Shown: in pieces, positions 15,701 to 25,179 of the stretch | Layout of the letters: each line of letters opens with the position of its first letter | Position numbering within the stretch: position 1 is the first letter of the stretch | Virus record (IMG/VR): IMGVR_UViG_3300027038_000043 | Span: 1 to 37,796 of that record | Source: a virus | Taxonomy: Duplodnaviria; Caudoviricetes | Reading direction: 5' to 3' (one strand) | Length of the DNA stretch: 37,796 bases | The notes under the pieces: generated by a model | The model's database searches: none | Told to the model about the DNA's origin: nothing | What the model saw: the letters and a program-made list of their open reading frames with translations, nothing else | Made by a program: the position numbers and the translations under genes

Positions 15701-17841
15701 AATCTGGTCTTGGGTTATCAATGATCGCATCAGATCACGCTGTTCAGGCACGAATGCACTTGGACGAGACGAAATCTGAAGCGGATCACGTAGCTGCTGT
15801 TGAGCAACGTATTCGCGAAAATAATGGTGATATTGAGGAACGCGAAGATCAGATGAATCTTTCGCGAATACCTGCTGATCGTCTTCAAGACGAAATCAAG
15901 TATGCAGAGAAAGGAGGAGGAGACGACGTTACCATCAAGATTCCTTCTGGCTCTGAATTCTCGATGTCCTTGAAGGAAGCGAAAGCAGTTCTCAAAGAAA
16001 TCACGAAACACCGTGGTCGCCATCTTGAAACGACAGAGCAGGAATTATATGTTCTTGGTGGTCCTGGTTCTGGTCCTCGCGATCAAGGCAAAGGTCGCAA
16101 ACCAGGAATTGGTCGGCAGCCCGCAGCAATCAAACCTTCGGGGATCAAGCAAAAATTTAGCAAAGATGGTCGTCCTGTTCCTATTATTACCACTTCCATC
16201 GAAGAAGCAATTCTTCTAGTACATGAAGGTCTTGTTGTTCAAGTTCGCGATGTTAAAGAAGCGCACACACTAATAGAGCGTCTTGCTGCTCTCGCGACTG
16301 CTGCACAAGCTGCGGGAAAAGACGCGAAGGACTATGATCTTTGCCAGGTCTCAGTTGCTGGCAGTAACATGTTCTGTTCTGAAAGTCTACGATCTGAGAA
16401 ATATCCAGATGGTGTGCCACGACTTGAAATGCCACAACTTGGTGGCCTGACTGTTCCAGGATCTGAAGCAGACAACTTAAAGAAAGATGAAGAAGGCAAA
16501 GTTAATGGGGCTGAAGCCTTCAAAGACCATCTGAAATCTCTAGGAATTGATATTTCTTCCGAGAATGTAAAATCTTCTAGTCTAAAAGCCAGCCAGCGAG
16601 AACTTATTGGTTCTAAGGTTGCTGGAATGATGGCTCGGATGGAAAAGGAACGGGAAGGTAAGAAGTCTGATAATAAAGAGAAGAATGCTATCTTTGTTTC
16701 GAGCGATAATTATGTAATAGATGGTCATCACCGTTGGGCGGCGTCTGTAGGGAAAGATGCGGCAGATGGTAGACTTGGTGATAGCAAGATGCATATCATT
16801 CGAGTCGACTCACCAATATCTGAAATCCTACAAATTGCGAATAAGTGGGGCAAAGAATTTGGTATTAAGCAAGTAGCAGGTGTCAAGAAGGAAAAGAAAG
16901 AGCGAGAAGCAAAGGGAAAGAAACTTAAGACTGCAGCAGAACGATGGGCAGAAACGCATAAATTCTCATCTACCCAAGTTAACCTACCCTCTTCTGTCGC
17001 CAATAAAATTCTGACGTTTGCGGCTGAAATCCCAGATGAGGATCTTGCTGAAGATGGTCGTGAAACAACTCCTCATGTTACTGTGAAGTACGGCATTCAT
17101 ACGTACGATCCTGGTCAAATTCGCGAAATTGTTGAAGGATTCGGTCCAATCACTCTCTCATTTGGGCCATTGTCATATTTTCCAAACACCGAATCAAATC
17201 ATGGTGATGTGATTTATGTTGATATTCTCAGTCCGGATCTAGAAAGACTGAACACTCTTCTTTCCACTTCACTCGAAGTGACAGATACCCATCCGAAGTA
17301 TAGACCACATGCGACGATTGCATATGTTGAAACTGGTCTAGGAGAATTTTACACAAGTGATCCGTATCATGAGCTTTTTGGCCAATCAGTAACAATCAAT
17401 GAAATCGAATTCTCTACTCCAGATGATGAACGAACAGTCATAAATCTTTTAGACGAGATAACTGAGGAACAACGTGAAATAGTATTGACACTTGAAGCAG
17501 CAATTCAAACGAACAACACTGAAATCATTGATAAGATTATTGGGACTAAACATTCTCTTGTTTCTGCTCCAGTGGAAAAAGAAGTTGAAGATGTAAAAGT
17601 CTTGGAAATTCGTCAGCTGACAGAGCAGACAAAGAAATTACAGGATGCTCTAGAAAAACAGATACCAACTACATTAGAAGCAGTCGAAAATCCCATGTCC
17701 GCTGAAATCCGAGCTTTAATCGAATCCGTTAAATTGTTGGCTGCTCGAGAGACCCCAGTGCCTCGTAAGAAAATTACACGAGTTGAACGAGATGAGAAAG
17801 GTTTATTGAAATCTTTTGTGACAGAAGAAGACAATGCCTGA
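12706..17841 (+). CDS. portal protein (DUF1073-like) with about 1200-aa modular cargo extension (PCD, unknown, ART, His-rich, ParB/Srx, 2H phosphoesterase)
   Basis: N-terminal 450 aa has portal motifs (YARGGIAGRIVD.FP..TWR, VHWTRVIH, IAGSKGIPKRILTGSE.GELAS.QD..NW); position after TerL; extension punctuated by four GGPGSGP tags. Confidence 0.9.
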   Translation: MEEATGLAVQSTSQIAEIRAAASVLIERMQFLRQAGISFKGERDLYEILGYERLLTNRDFRDRYARGGIAGRIVDAFPKATWRGGWELIEDEDPQTDTKFEKTWRELANRLKIGAVLQRADILAGLSTYAVVLIGAKGSANLDEELPRGNPDDLLYLTPFSGGGGPGASQRRSMTIDADATIQTYVTDTSDERFGLPLTYSLKRTDFSVPTFVKTVHWTRVIHIAEGILDDEVFGQPALERVWNLLDDLDKVTGGGAEAFWLRANQGLQLDIDKEMDMTPEEKEALKTQADEYQHQIRRMLRTRGVSVNTLGSDVANFSNPADAVLTQIAGSKGIPKRILTGSEMGELASSQDRDNWKDQVNGRQTEYAGPYIVRPLVDRLIKFGYLPTPKKGPTAYEVRWPHIQVLTEQEKYQGAQAWASANQTAGKPVFTVDEIRDRWYGFEPLTEEQIAKELPPAPPEVPGGELPPTEEEIDPETGLPLASLDPDIASFVAPKDAPKSLPRAAAALPEGSEKIDSVVVPLSKDEIFSLAETIDADWKVGEKGLTRVFNFADRRMCASFIQQIAKDANSANHHPDIVMDGDSVEISYTTHSVGDKLTKLDFEAAARADALALPLRAAGGPGSGPQKGQGSGRVPYSPFPSDYGFTDPAVRAKLADHFVELHNSASKEYKEAFAKVGAKMWRDDYAHPLTGENADFIKDHVAKSTPNAIKSIYTITRPLTMLDSYPNVPASKREILDKDVDRIFNKYQHQWTRTIKTLGGPGSGPNPGGGSRDNGGDDDDSVKFDNRELRHNWTEGSRATQSKMSDPTTPEGEEFSKYLDTLPKVDGTFYRGMVVTSENFEKMKSDTSYNLTKHSSSSDNKDIAEGFLGEQSGSEDGVLVLLKIEGSGRKLTSAEDDLEDEGEVVLLAGTQYERVSFEKMKSVEDSWQITYREKKIPKTLGGPGSGPHPGPARTTSDVRKANNLSATANALSQKAVKSGNKEDHIAAANAHQIAARSQSGLGLSMIASDHAVQARMHLDETKSEADHVAAVEQRIRENNGDIEEREDQMNLSRIPADRLQDEIKYAEKGGGDDVTIKIPSGSEFSMSLKEAKAVLKEITKHRGRHLETTEQELYVLGGPGSGPRDQGKGRKPGIGRQPAAIKPSGIKQKFSKDGRPVPIITTSIEEAILLVHEGLVVQVRDVKEAHTLIERLAALATAAQAAGKDAKDYDLCQVSVAGSNMFCSESLRSEKYPDGVPRLEMPQLGGLTVPGSEADNLKKDEEGKVNGAEAFKDHLKSLGIDISSENVKSSSLKASQRELIGSKVAGMMARMEKEREGKKSDNKEKNAIFVSSDNYVIDGHHRWAASVGKDAADGRLGDSKMHIIRVDSPISEILQIANKWGKEFGIKQVAGVKKEKKEREAKGKKLKTAAERWAETHKFSSTQVNLPSSVANKILTFAAEIPDEDLAEDGRETTPHVTVKYGIHTYDPGQIREIVEGFGPITLSFGPLSYFPNTESNHGDVIYVDILSPDLERLNTLLSTSLEVTDTHPKYRPHATIAYVETGLGEFYTSDPYHELFGQSVTINEIEFSTPDDERTVINLLDEITEEQREIVLTLEAAIQTNNTEIIDKIIGTKHSLVSAPVEKEVEDVKVLEIRQLTEQTKKLQDALEKQIPTTLEAVENPMSAEIRALIESVKLLAARETPVPRKKITRVERDEKGLLKSFVTEEDNA

Positions 17842-18193
17842 CTTGAAAACGACAGAGTTACCCGCGATTAGTGAGCCACTCACGTTAGCTTCCTTGCTCA
17901 TGGTGGTGCCAGATCCTGATGTTGCATTCACGAAAAAAGCAACATTAGCTGAAATCTTTGCTGCAGCAGCTTTACATGATGTTGCTATTGGGGAATTGGT
18001 TATCGGTGCTATTGATGGTGTGAATACTGTTTTCACAACCTCTGGATCATATCGAGCGCAGTCTCTTATGGTGTGGTTAAACGGACTTCGTCAAGCACGA
18101 ACAATTGATTACACAGAGACATCCGATACGACATTTTCTATGCTTGTTGCACCTATTCCCGGTGATGTCATTATTGTCGATTATTTCACGTAG
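17834..18193 (+). CDS. putative virion decoration/fibre-associated protein
   Basis: G.IDGVNTVFT...VWLNGLRQ...DYT...AP..GD.I.VDY domain shared with the C-terminus of the next gene. Confidence 0.7.
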   Translation: MPDLKTTELPAISEPLTLASLLMVVPDPDVAFTKKATLAEIFAAAALHDVAIGELVIGAIDGVNTVFTTSGSYRAQSLMVWLNGLRQARTIDYTETSDTTFSMLVAPIPGDVIIVDYFT

Positions 18194-18205
18194 AAAGTAG
18201 GAAGA

Positions 18206-19552
18206 ATGGCTGGTACAAAAATTCGTGGCAATACGCAAATCCTCGCAGCATCTATTACTGACGCTGAAATAGCTGTTGCTGCTGCTATTGCTTTGTCAAA
18301 ACTGGCTGAACCAGTTATTCAGGCAGACGGTGGTCAAGCATTCACGGCGGATCAGTCTCACGGTGGATTCAAGATTACCAATCTAGGTACACCATCTTCT
18401 TCGACAGATGCTACCACAAAAGGCTATGTAGATGGTGTAGCATCGGGATTACAAATTCATAATCCGGTTCGTGCTGCTACTGTTGGCAATATTACATTGA
18501 GCGGTGCTCAAACAATTGATGGTGTTTCCGTTATTGCTACGGACCGTGTGCTTGTCAAGGATCAGTCTGCGGGTCAAGATAATGGTATTTATGTAGCAGC
18601 GGCTGGTGCATGGGTCAGAGCAACGGATCTTGATCTGACGTCGGAGTTAATCTCCGGCATCTTTGTGTTCGTGCAAGAAGGCACTGTCAATGACAATACA
18701 GGATGGGTGCTTTCGACCGCGAACCCAATGACACTCGGTACGACTCCACAAGTATGGTCTCAATTTTCTGGTGCAGGACAGGTTATCGCTGGTACTGGTC
18801 TTACGAAATCTGGTAACACTCTTGATGTTGGTGGTGGTGACGGTATTACAATGGCTGCTGATGGCCATTCTGTCAATATTGATACAGCAGCTGGACTAAA
18901 ATTCGACGCATCGTCTCCCAAGAAAGTTCAAGTCGCAATTTCGACAGATCTAGAATTTAGTGCAGGCAATCTTCGGCTTGCCGCAGCCGTGGCCGGTGCT
19001 GGTTTAACAGGTGGTGCTGGCGCAGCTCTTGCTGTTGGTGCTGGGACAGGGTTGACAGTTGCTGCCGACGCTATCGGTATCACGGCTGGTGGCGTCGGCC
19101 CGACAGAACTTGCGGCGTCTGTGGCCGGTAATGGCTTGACAGGTGGTGGTGGTTCCGCCATCAATGTGGTGGGCGGCGATGGATTGGTCGTTGCAGCTGA
19201 TCTGGTATCAGTTGGCATTGATACGTCTGTTGGGTTGAAATTTGATGCGTCGTCCCCGAAAAAGTTACAGGTTGCGTTAGATGGTACATCTCTTTCTGTT
19301 AGTGCAAGTGGTCTGAAAGTCAATGCCGCGAAATTTATCACTCGTGAAACGCCAACTGGTCTTGTGAATGGTGCAAACGTGACCTACACACTCGCGTCAA
19401 CGCCAATTGCTGGGACGGAACAAATCTTTTTGAACGGATTGCTCCAGGAGCCAGGTGCTGGTAACGATTACACTATAAGTGGTGGCACTATTACATATTT
19501 GACAGCGCCGGTAACAGGTGATCGTCTTCGCGTTAATTATATCATCGCATAA
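18206..19552 (+). CDS. head decoration/fibre protein
   Basis: ITNLGTP...DATTKGYVD, VRAAT..NITLSG.QTIDGV, DRVLVKDQ....NGIY motifs; Gly/Ala-rich shaft with duplicated GLKFDASSPKK. Confidence 0.8.
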   Translation: MAGTKIRGNTQILAASITDAEIAVAAAIALSKLAEPVIQADGGQAFTADQSHGGFKITNLGTPSSSTDATTKGYVDGVASGLQIHNPVRAATVGNITLSGAQTIDGVSVIATDRVLVKDQSAGQDNGIYVAAAGAWVRATDLDLTSELISGIFVFVQEGTVNDNTGWVLSTANPMTLGTTPQVWSQFSGAGQVIAGTGLTKSGNTLDVGGGDGITMAADGHSVNIDTAAGLKFDASSPKKVQVAISTDLEFSAGNLRLAAAVAGAGLTGGAGAALAVGAGTGLTVAADAIGITAGGVGPTELAASVAGNGLTGGGGSAINVVGGDGLVVAADLVSVGIDTSVGLKFDASSPKKLQVALDGTSLSVSASGLKVNAAKFITRETPTGLVNGANVTYTLASTPIAGTEQIFLNGLLQEPGAGNDYTISGGTITYLTAPVTGDRLRVNYIIA

Positions 19553-19554
19553 TT

Positions 19555-20433
19555 ATGGCGCGTACTGAACTGCGTGGCGGTCAAGTTAAAGACGCCTCTA
19601 TTGGGCGTTCTGACCTTATTACAGGCACAGCTGGTGAAGCTGTGATCGCTAAATTGGTGGCTGGATTTGGTGTGACACTTTCAGGTACTGGCGCGGATTC
19701 TGGTACTGGGGATGTCACCATCTCTGCGGGGAAATGGACGGTCCTTACAAACGCTGATACGGGGGCGCAGAATAATTGGGCACCGGGACTCAGTGGTAAT
19801 ACTCTGTGCATTTGGTCTGGTGCGGCTGACGCGGCCATGACGGGGATAGCCGGTGGTGTTGTAGGGCAGATCTTCGCAATTAAAAACACCGGCACGAAGA
19901 TTGTGACGTTTGCCCATAATTCTGGTAGCTCGTCCGCTGGTAACAAATGCTTCAATTTTGTAGCGAGTAGTGTGACCCCAGTCGCGCCAGGAGGCTATAG
20001 CGCATGGCAGCATGATGGTACACAGTGGCAGATCATTGCACACGAGCAAGGGGCGTGGATTACGCCGACGTTTGCCGCTGGTGACTACACCTCAAATGCT
20101 GGCACATGGGTATTATCGTCACCCGATCGCGTGACTGGATCATACATCTTAAAAGGTCGTACGCTTTCTTTCATCTACACCCTGAACACGACAACGATTA
20201 CTGGAGCACCAACGGTACTTCTTATTGGAAATGGTGCATGGGGAGGATTTACTATCGCTTCAACTTCCACACAAAAAATGGGCTATGCAAATGATGGAGC
20301 TGTGCACCCGAGTTACGTGCAAGCGACGGCCACAGCTACGACATTTGGTCTCAATAAAGATTCTGGTGCAGCATGGACAGCCAACACCAATGCCTCCTAT
20401 TTTCAAGGCAATATTGATTGTGAGGTGACGTAA
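19555..20433 (+). CDS. fibre-like structural protein
   Basis: G/T/A-rich beta composition; N-terminus similar to the previous gene (MARTELRGGQV vs MAGTKIRGNTQI). Confidence 0.7.
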   Translation: MARTELRGGQVKDASIGRSDLITGTAGEAVIAKLVAGFGVTLSGTGADSGTGDVTISAGKWTVLTNADTGAQNNWAPGLSGNTLCIWSGAADAAMTGIAGGVVGQIFAIKNTGTKIVTFAHNSGSSSAGNKCFNFVASSVTPVAPGGYSAWQHDGTQWQIIAHEQGAWITPTFAAGDYTSNAGTWVLSSPDRVTGSYILKGRTLSFIYTLNTTTITGAPTVLLIGNGAWGGFTIASTSTQKMGYANDGAVHPSYVQATATATTFGLNKDSGAAWTANTNASYFQGNIDCEVT

Positions 20434-20816
20434 TGGCTGACTATCTTCCCTTAACAACCATACGCACGACGCCTATTAGCGTAAATGCTTTGAATATTGC
20501 GTTAAGAGTAATTGATCCCACGATAGGGGTGACAACGTTTTCTTTAGCTGATCGAACAGCGGTGCTCAAGAAATCTACTACGTGGACAGCTCCAGAAATT
20601 GCGAGTGCGCAAACTATTTTTGACACAGCATTGGAGACTACTCCACAAGCAAAAGCACAATTTGCTATTGATCAAATGGATATTTTTGAAAAAGCCATCA
20701 TTCTAACAATTCTTGATCAATTTAATCTGATTCGTTCAAAATTGGCTCCTCCGCTTCCACCCATCACGGCTGAACAAATGATCGCGGCAGTACGAACGAA
20801 AGCTGGGACATTGTGA
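20433..20816 (+). CDS. hypothetical protein, possible fibre chaperone
   Basis: TAATG coupling after the fibre gene. Confidence 0.65.
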   Translation: MADYLPLTTIRTTPISVNALNIALRVIDPTIGVTTFSLADRTAVLKKSTTWTAPEIASAQTIFDTALETTPQAKAQFAIDQMDIFEKAIILTILDQFNLIRSKLAPPLPPITAEQMIAAVRTKAGTL

Positions 20817-21307
20817 AATTACTGCTTGAACAAGGTGGAGAACTACTCCTTGAACAGGGTGGATCTCTACTGCTTGAACAAGCAGAACACGTTGGTGCAG
20901 TAATCTTTGAAGCTCCTGAGATAACTGGGTTAGGAAATGTTGCTGCTCCAGTTATTGAAGAACAAACTGGTGGTGATGGCGAAATCGTCCGAGTCCATCG
21001 CAGACCACGTCTTATTCCTGTTAAAATTGTTGGCGATGCTAATGTTACCTTTGAAACACAAGTACAAGGACAAGGCGTCGTCGGACTACCAAAAATTTCT
21101 GGTATTTGTGCGATCTCTATTGCAGAAGCAGAAGTTAGTGGTAATGGTCTCATAACTCTGCCACAAATTGTTGGCATTGGTTCTACAACGTTTGCTGCAC
21201 CAAAAATTTCTGGCCAAGGCCAAATAGAGACGGAACTAGAAATCCAAATACGTCGAGAAGATGAAATCCTTGAAGCGTGGTTGTTGATGCACGAAGACGC
21301 CGCATGA
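20813..21307 (+). CDS. hypothetical structural protein with LLLEQGG repeats
   Basis: LLLEQGG-ELLLEQGG-SLLLEQ N-terminus; GTGA coupling. Confidence 0.7.
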   Translation: MKLLLEQGGELLLEQGGSLLLEQAEHVGAVIFEAPEITGLGNVAAPVIEEQTGGDGEIVRVHRRPRLIPVKIVGDANVTFETQVQGQGVVGLPKISGICAISIAEAEVSGNGLITLPQIVGIGSTTFAAPKISGQGQIETELEIQIRREDEILEAWLLMHEDAA

Positions 21308-24300
21308 TTCAACTACCTCTCGAACCATCGGTCGCTGCCCGCTTGTTGCTGCTCGCACATCTGCGCTTGAGCGGAGGACCAGGCAGCGGACCAAATGTTG
21401 ATCGCGGCAGTCGTCGTCGTATCAAATCACGACCACCAAAAATGTCGATTGGTCAAATTAGTCATGATGGTTCTATTGAATCAAAAGAATTTGATTCTCT
21501 GAAAAGTGTAAATCACGTTGAAATCTTTAATCGCCGAGCATCAGCTTCTCAAAAATTTCGCTATCAAGCAGAAACAGTACATTGGGACGATTGGCCGTCT
21601 AAAGATGATCGTTTTTCTGTTGAAGATCATTACGACAGACTCGGATTAAAAGTAAGAGATCACCGTGTTCTTGGTCATCTAATTGCTGCTGGTGGTCCAG
21701 GCAGCGGACCAAATCCTGGCCAAGGCAAACGATCTAAAATTGGTGATGGAATCACGGCACGACGTCAAGGAGACTTTGATTTTAAGACTCTCGGATTCCG
21801 ACGATTCATGTACGGTCCGGAATCCGAAACAATAGTCTTTGGTAAACGATGGCCTCAGGGTGCGCCGGGTGTTTGGGAAGACATAGGTGCATCTCATTCT
21901 GAAGAATTCCAGTTCGCGAAACAAGATCATGGGGTTCTTGGTCATTTTGACCAATATGTAAAAGGATGGATTAATCCACCAACAGAGCGTATGCCTGGTG
22001 GTATTATTGAAATCCAAGCTCCTGATGGTCAATATTTGCCAGGTGGAAGTTCTGGAACACAACTCAGAGATGTGGATGCAAATCAGGCAGCAGTATTTGA
22101 TGCTATTCACAAAACTATAGAGCAATTTGTGAAAGCAGGTGCAACTAGACAGACAGTTATACTTGCTACAGGATTTAGAGGACCACTTGGTGAACAGTTT
22201 CCTCACTTGTTTAAGAAGCCACGAAATCTTGGTGGTGCAGGATCTGGTAACTTTGATCATGCTGGTCGACCAGGAGAGGTTGGTGGTTCAGGCGATGGCG
22301 ACGACAATGTTATTGAAGGGCATCTTGGTACCGCTCGAATCACAAAAACTGTAGATGGCACGTTTATTGTGAATCTAGACGAAGAGCACGCGCATATTGG
22401 AAAAGTGTTTGCATCACGAGACGATGCTCTAGACTACGCTCGATACAGAACTCGTGGTGATAAAAATCGGCTCACATATAATGACGAAGACAAAGCAAAA
22501 CTCCAAGCTGATAGAGATGCTCGTGCAGAACAAGAGCGTCTTGATCATTCCTATGATCCTGATGTGATTGAAGCAGGTATAAAAGAACATGAAGTAGAAC
22601 TAGCTTCTCGAAGACCAGAAACAACCACGTTCTATCACGGCACTTCGTCTGAAGCTCTTCGAAAGATAAAAACTGAAGGTCTGTTGCCAGGTCGTGGTGA
22701 AGGTGCAGATGCATGGGCTGAGGAAGAATACGAGGGACGTTCTAATGATTTCAGTATTGGTGACCGAAAAGCTTCGGTCTTCATTACTTCACGTTTAGAT
22801 CAAGCAGTAACGTACTCAGAGTATGCTGAGAAAATAACTGGCTCTCGACCAATCATTTTAGCGATTGAAGTTCCTCAAGATCAGTTAGTGAATCTCAAGC
22901 CAGATGAAATGTCTGAAGGAAAGCATGCATGGCGAACCAATAAGGGAATTCCACCGACATGGATTCTTGGCCAGATAAAGAAAACTCATGGTCCTAGTGG
23001 TGGTAAAATCACAGCACTCGCAGTTAGTAGAGTCTTCTATTTTGTGATTCCCATAGTTGAGACAGAGCTCCGTGTGACAGGTGGTCCTGGCTCTGGCCCA
23101 AATGTGGGTGGTGGCTCACGTTTTGACGATGACAATAAAGTAAGTCCTGTTCGTACGTCTACGCACGGTCTAGAAGTGAAATGTGCATGGTGTAAGAAAG
23201 ATATGGGCTGGAAGAAAGGACCTTTCTCTGGTCTTGTATCTCACGGAATGTGCGATGATTGTGTGAAAGCATTTGACGCACCAGAACCCAAGACTGCTAT
23301 TGGAACTGAAACATCTGGTAATTATGGGCATGCTGGACGACCTGGTGAAATCGGTGGAAGTGGCCCGGGTGGTGGCGGAGAAGTTTCAGGTCGAGTATTA
23401 GGAGATGATCAACCTACTCTCGAAGCGGGAATGAAGCGTATTGCAGAACTGATCTCATCCCCTGACTCACCAACGGCGTATGAAATCGATAATGAAGACG
23501 ACAGTGATTTTACCGACATACGCATTTCTTCTGAAGACGGAAACCGCACTATTGAAGTGTGTATCGAAACAGATGAAAACGATGACGGTGACAGTGTAAC
23601 AACGGCAGACCTTGCTCTAATAGATTTTAAAACTCCTGTTTCTGGAGTTGTGATTCGTCAAGCAATTGGTGAAATGTTTCAAGCTCTTGAAGATACAAAA
23701 GTAGACTATGCACAACTTCGTGCGGGATTACAGGATGGTGGCTACCTTTGGGCGCGAATGGGTTTTCGTGCAGAAAATCCAAAGGACTTCGTGAAGACCG
23801 TCGAGAAGAATCTACTCGAAGCGGAAGCACGAAAAGTTACACCTGAACAAGTGGCGCAGATTCGTAAGCTGATGGAGAATCCAACACCAAAACTTCCGCA
23901 ACAAATTGCTGATCTTAAGATCATTGGAAAACGAATTCTGCGAGGAACAGATTGGCTTGGAAAGGTAAAACTTTCTTCTCCACAGTTTAAATCACGAAGA
24001 GATCACTACTTGGGACGAAATAAACAGGAATTGTTGAAAGCTGCAGAAACACGACTTGAATATCCGTGGTTTGAACGAGCAATGCTTGGAGCAGACGACT
24101 TTGAACCTGGTGTAGATGATGAAATCTGTGACCCAAAGATTTATCGGATAGCAGGAGGTTCTGGGTCTGGTAATTTCCAACATTCTGGTCGACCAGGGGA
24201 AGTTGGTGGCTCTGGGGAAGGCGCAGGAGATTCCAAGAGATCAAGTATCTATCTCGGAAAGTCATCCGGCAAATTTAAAATTTCTAAGAAATCTGGCGAC

Positions 24301-25179
24301 AACATCAAGAAGGTAGATTTTGGTAGTGAGCATTATAATGTTGATAAGTCAGAGATGGCTGAGAACATAAATAATATGTTCCATCTCAAAGAGTCTCCAG
24401 ATGGCTATCCTATCAATTTCTACGATAAAAAAGAACAAGACGAAATGCTCTCTGAAAGCCAGCGTATTGCTAGTGCGCTAGTCGCTGATGCTAGCAAAGA
24501 TTTCGACATTCGTGTGATTCCTTATCAGACAGGCATATCGGTTGAATATGTGTCCGAAAACACGTCTTTGCTACGTTCGTTCTCACGAGGTGAGAATAAC
24601 GAACTTGTTGCCCATCATGATTTTTTTGAAACTGATAAACAAGGTGCTGGACTTGCGAAAGAAATCTTACGTTCAAGTTTTGCCGAGTACGAAAAACTTG
24701 GTGTTGATAAAGTAGAGTTAACAGCAAATCGAGATGTTGGTCGTTATGCTTGGGCCAAATACGGTTTTGTTCCAGAAGACCATGAAACATACAATGTTTA
24801 TAAATCAGCTTTGCAAGTGATGGAAGCTGAACCTGAAAAAGGAATACTTCTTGAGCAATTGATTAAAGATACCAAAAGAGAAATGAAGTCAGAAAGACCA
24901 AATCCTGAGCACATTTGGAAAATTGCAGATCATGTCGATGGATTCAAGTGGCTTGCTGGTTCGAGTGACTCTCCTTCGTGGGAAGGTAAGTTGAGCTTGA
25001 AAAACGAACGTCAGATGGAACGTCTTGCGAAATACCTCGATACGAAGAGTAAACCTCATGTGGCTGATAGAGCGAGACGTGTCAAAGAAGTCGAAGAAGA
25101 AGGTGATGACGATTCTGTAGTTAGCTCGTATGATGAAATGCCTTCTCCATCGCAGCCAAATTTCAGGACCAAGAAGTGA
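21304..25179 (+). CDS. multi-module cargo polyprotein (two unknown modules, ART/Tpt1-like, Zn finger, two GNAT-like)
   Basis: ATG at 21304 overlaps the upstream TGA; six Gly-rich tags; FYHGT, CAWC..SHGMCDDC, GGYLWARMGF, QGAGLA and GRYAWAKYGF motifs. Confidence 0.85.
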   Translation: MIQLPLEPSVAARLLLLAHLRLSGGPGSGPNVDRGSRRRIKSRPPKMSIGQISHDGSIESKEFDSLKSVNHVEIFNRRASASQKFRYQAETVHWDDWPSKDDRFSVEDHYDRLGLKVRDHRVLGHLIAAGGPGSGPNPGQGKRSKIGDGITARRQGDFDFKTLGFRRFMYGPESETIVFGKRWPQGAPGVWEDIGASHSEEFQFAKQDHGVLGHFDQYVKGWINPPTERMPGGIIEIQAPDGQYLPGGSSGTQLRDVDANQAAVFDAIHKTIEQFVKAGATRQTVILATGFRGPLGEQFPHLFKKPRNLGGAGSGNFDHAGRPGEVGGSGDGDDNVIEGHLGTARITKTVDGTFIVNLDEEHAHIGKVFASRDDALDYARYRTRGDKNRLTYNDEDKAKLQADRDARAEQERLDHSYDPDVIEAGIKEHEVELASRRPETTTFYHGTSSEALRKIKTEGLLPGRGEGADAWAEEEYEGRSNDFSIGDRKASVFITSRLDQAVTYSEYAEKITGSRPIILAIEVPQDQLVNLKPDEMSEGKHAWRTNKGIPPTWILGQIKKTHGPSGGKITALAVSRVFYFVIPIVETELRVTGGPGSGPNVGGGSRFDDDNKVSPVRTSTHGLEVKCAWCKKDMGWKKGPFSGLVSHGMCDDCVKAFDAPEPKTAIGTETSGNYGHAGRPGEIGGSGPGGGGEVSGRVLGDDQPTLEAGMKRIAELISSPDSPTAYEIDNEDDSDFTDIRISSEDGNRTIEVCIETDENDDGDSVTTADLALIDFKTPVSGVVIRQAIGEMFQALEDTKVDYAQLRAGLQDGGYLWARMGFRAENPKDFVKTVEKNLLEAEARKVTPEQVAQIRKLMENPTPKLPQQIADLKIIGKRILRGTDWLGKVKLSSPQFKSRRDHYLGRNKQELLKAAETRLEYPWFERAMLGADDFEPGVDDEICDPKIYRIAGGSGSGNFQHSGRPGEVGGSGEGAGDSKRSSIYLGKSSGKFKISKKSGDNIKKVDFGSEHYNVDKSEMAENINNMFHLKESPDGYPINFYDKKEQDEMLSESQRIASALVADASKDFDIRVIPYQTGISVEYVSENTSLLRSFSRGENNELVAHHDFFETDKQGAGLAKEILRSSFAEYEKLGVDKVELTANRDVGRYAWAKYGFVPEDHETYNVYKSALQVMEAEPEKGILLEQLIKDTKREMKSERPNPEHIWKIADHVDGFKWLAGSSDSPSWEGKLSLKNERQMERLAKYLDTKSKPHVADRARRVKEVEEEGDDDSVVSSYDEMPSPSQPNFRTKK

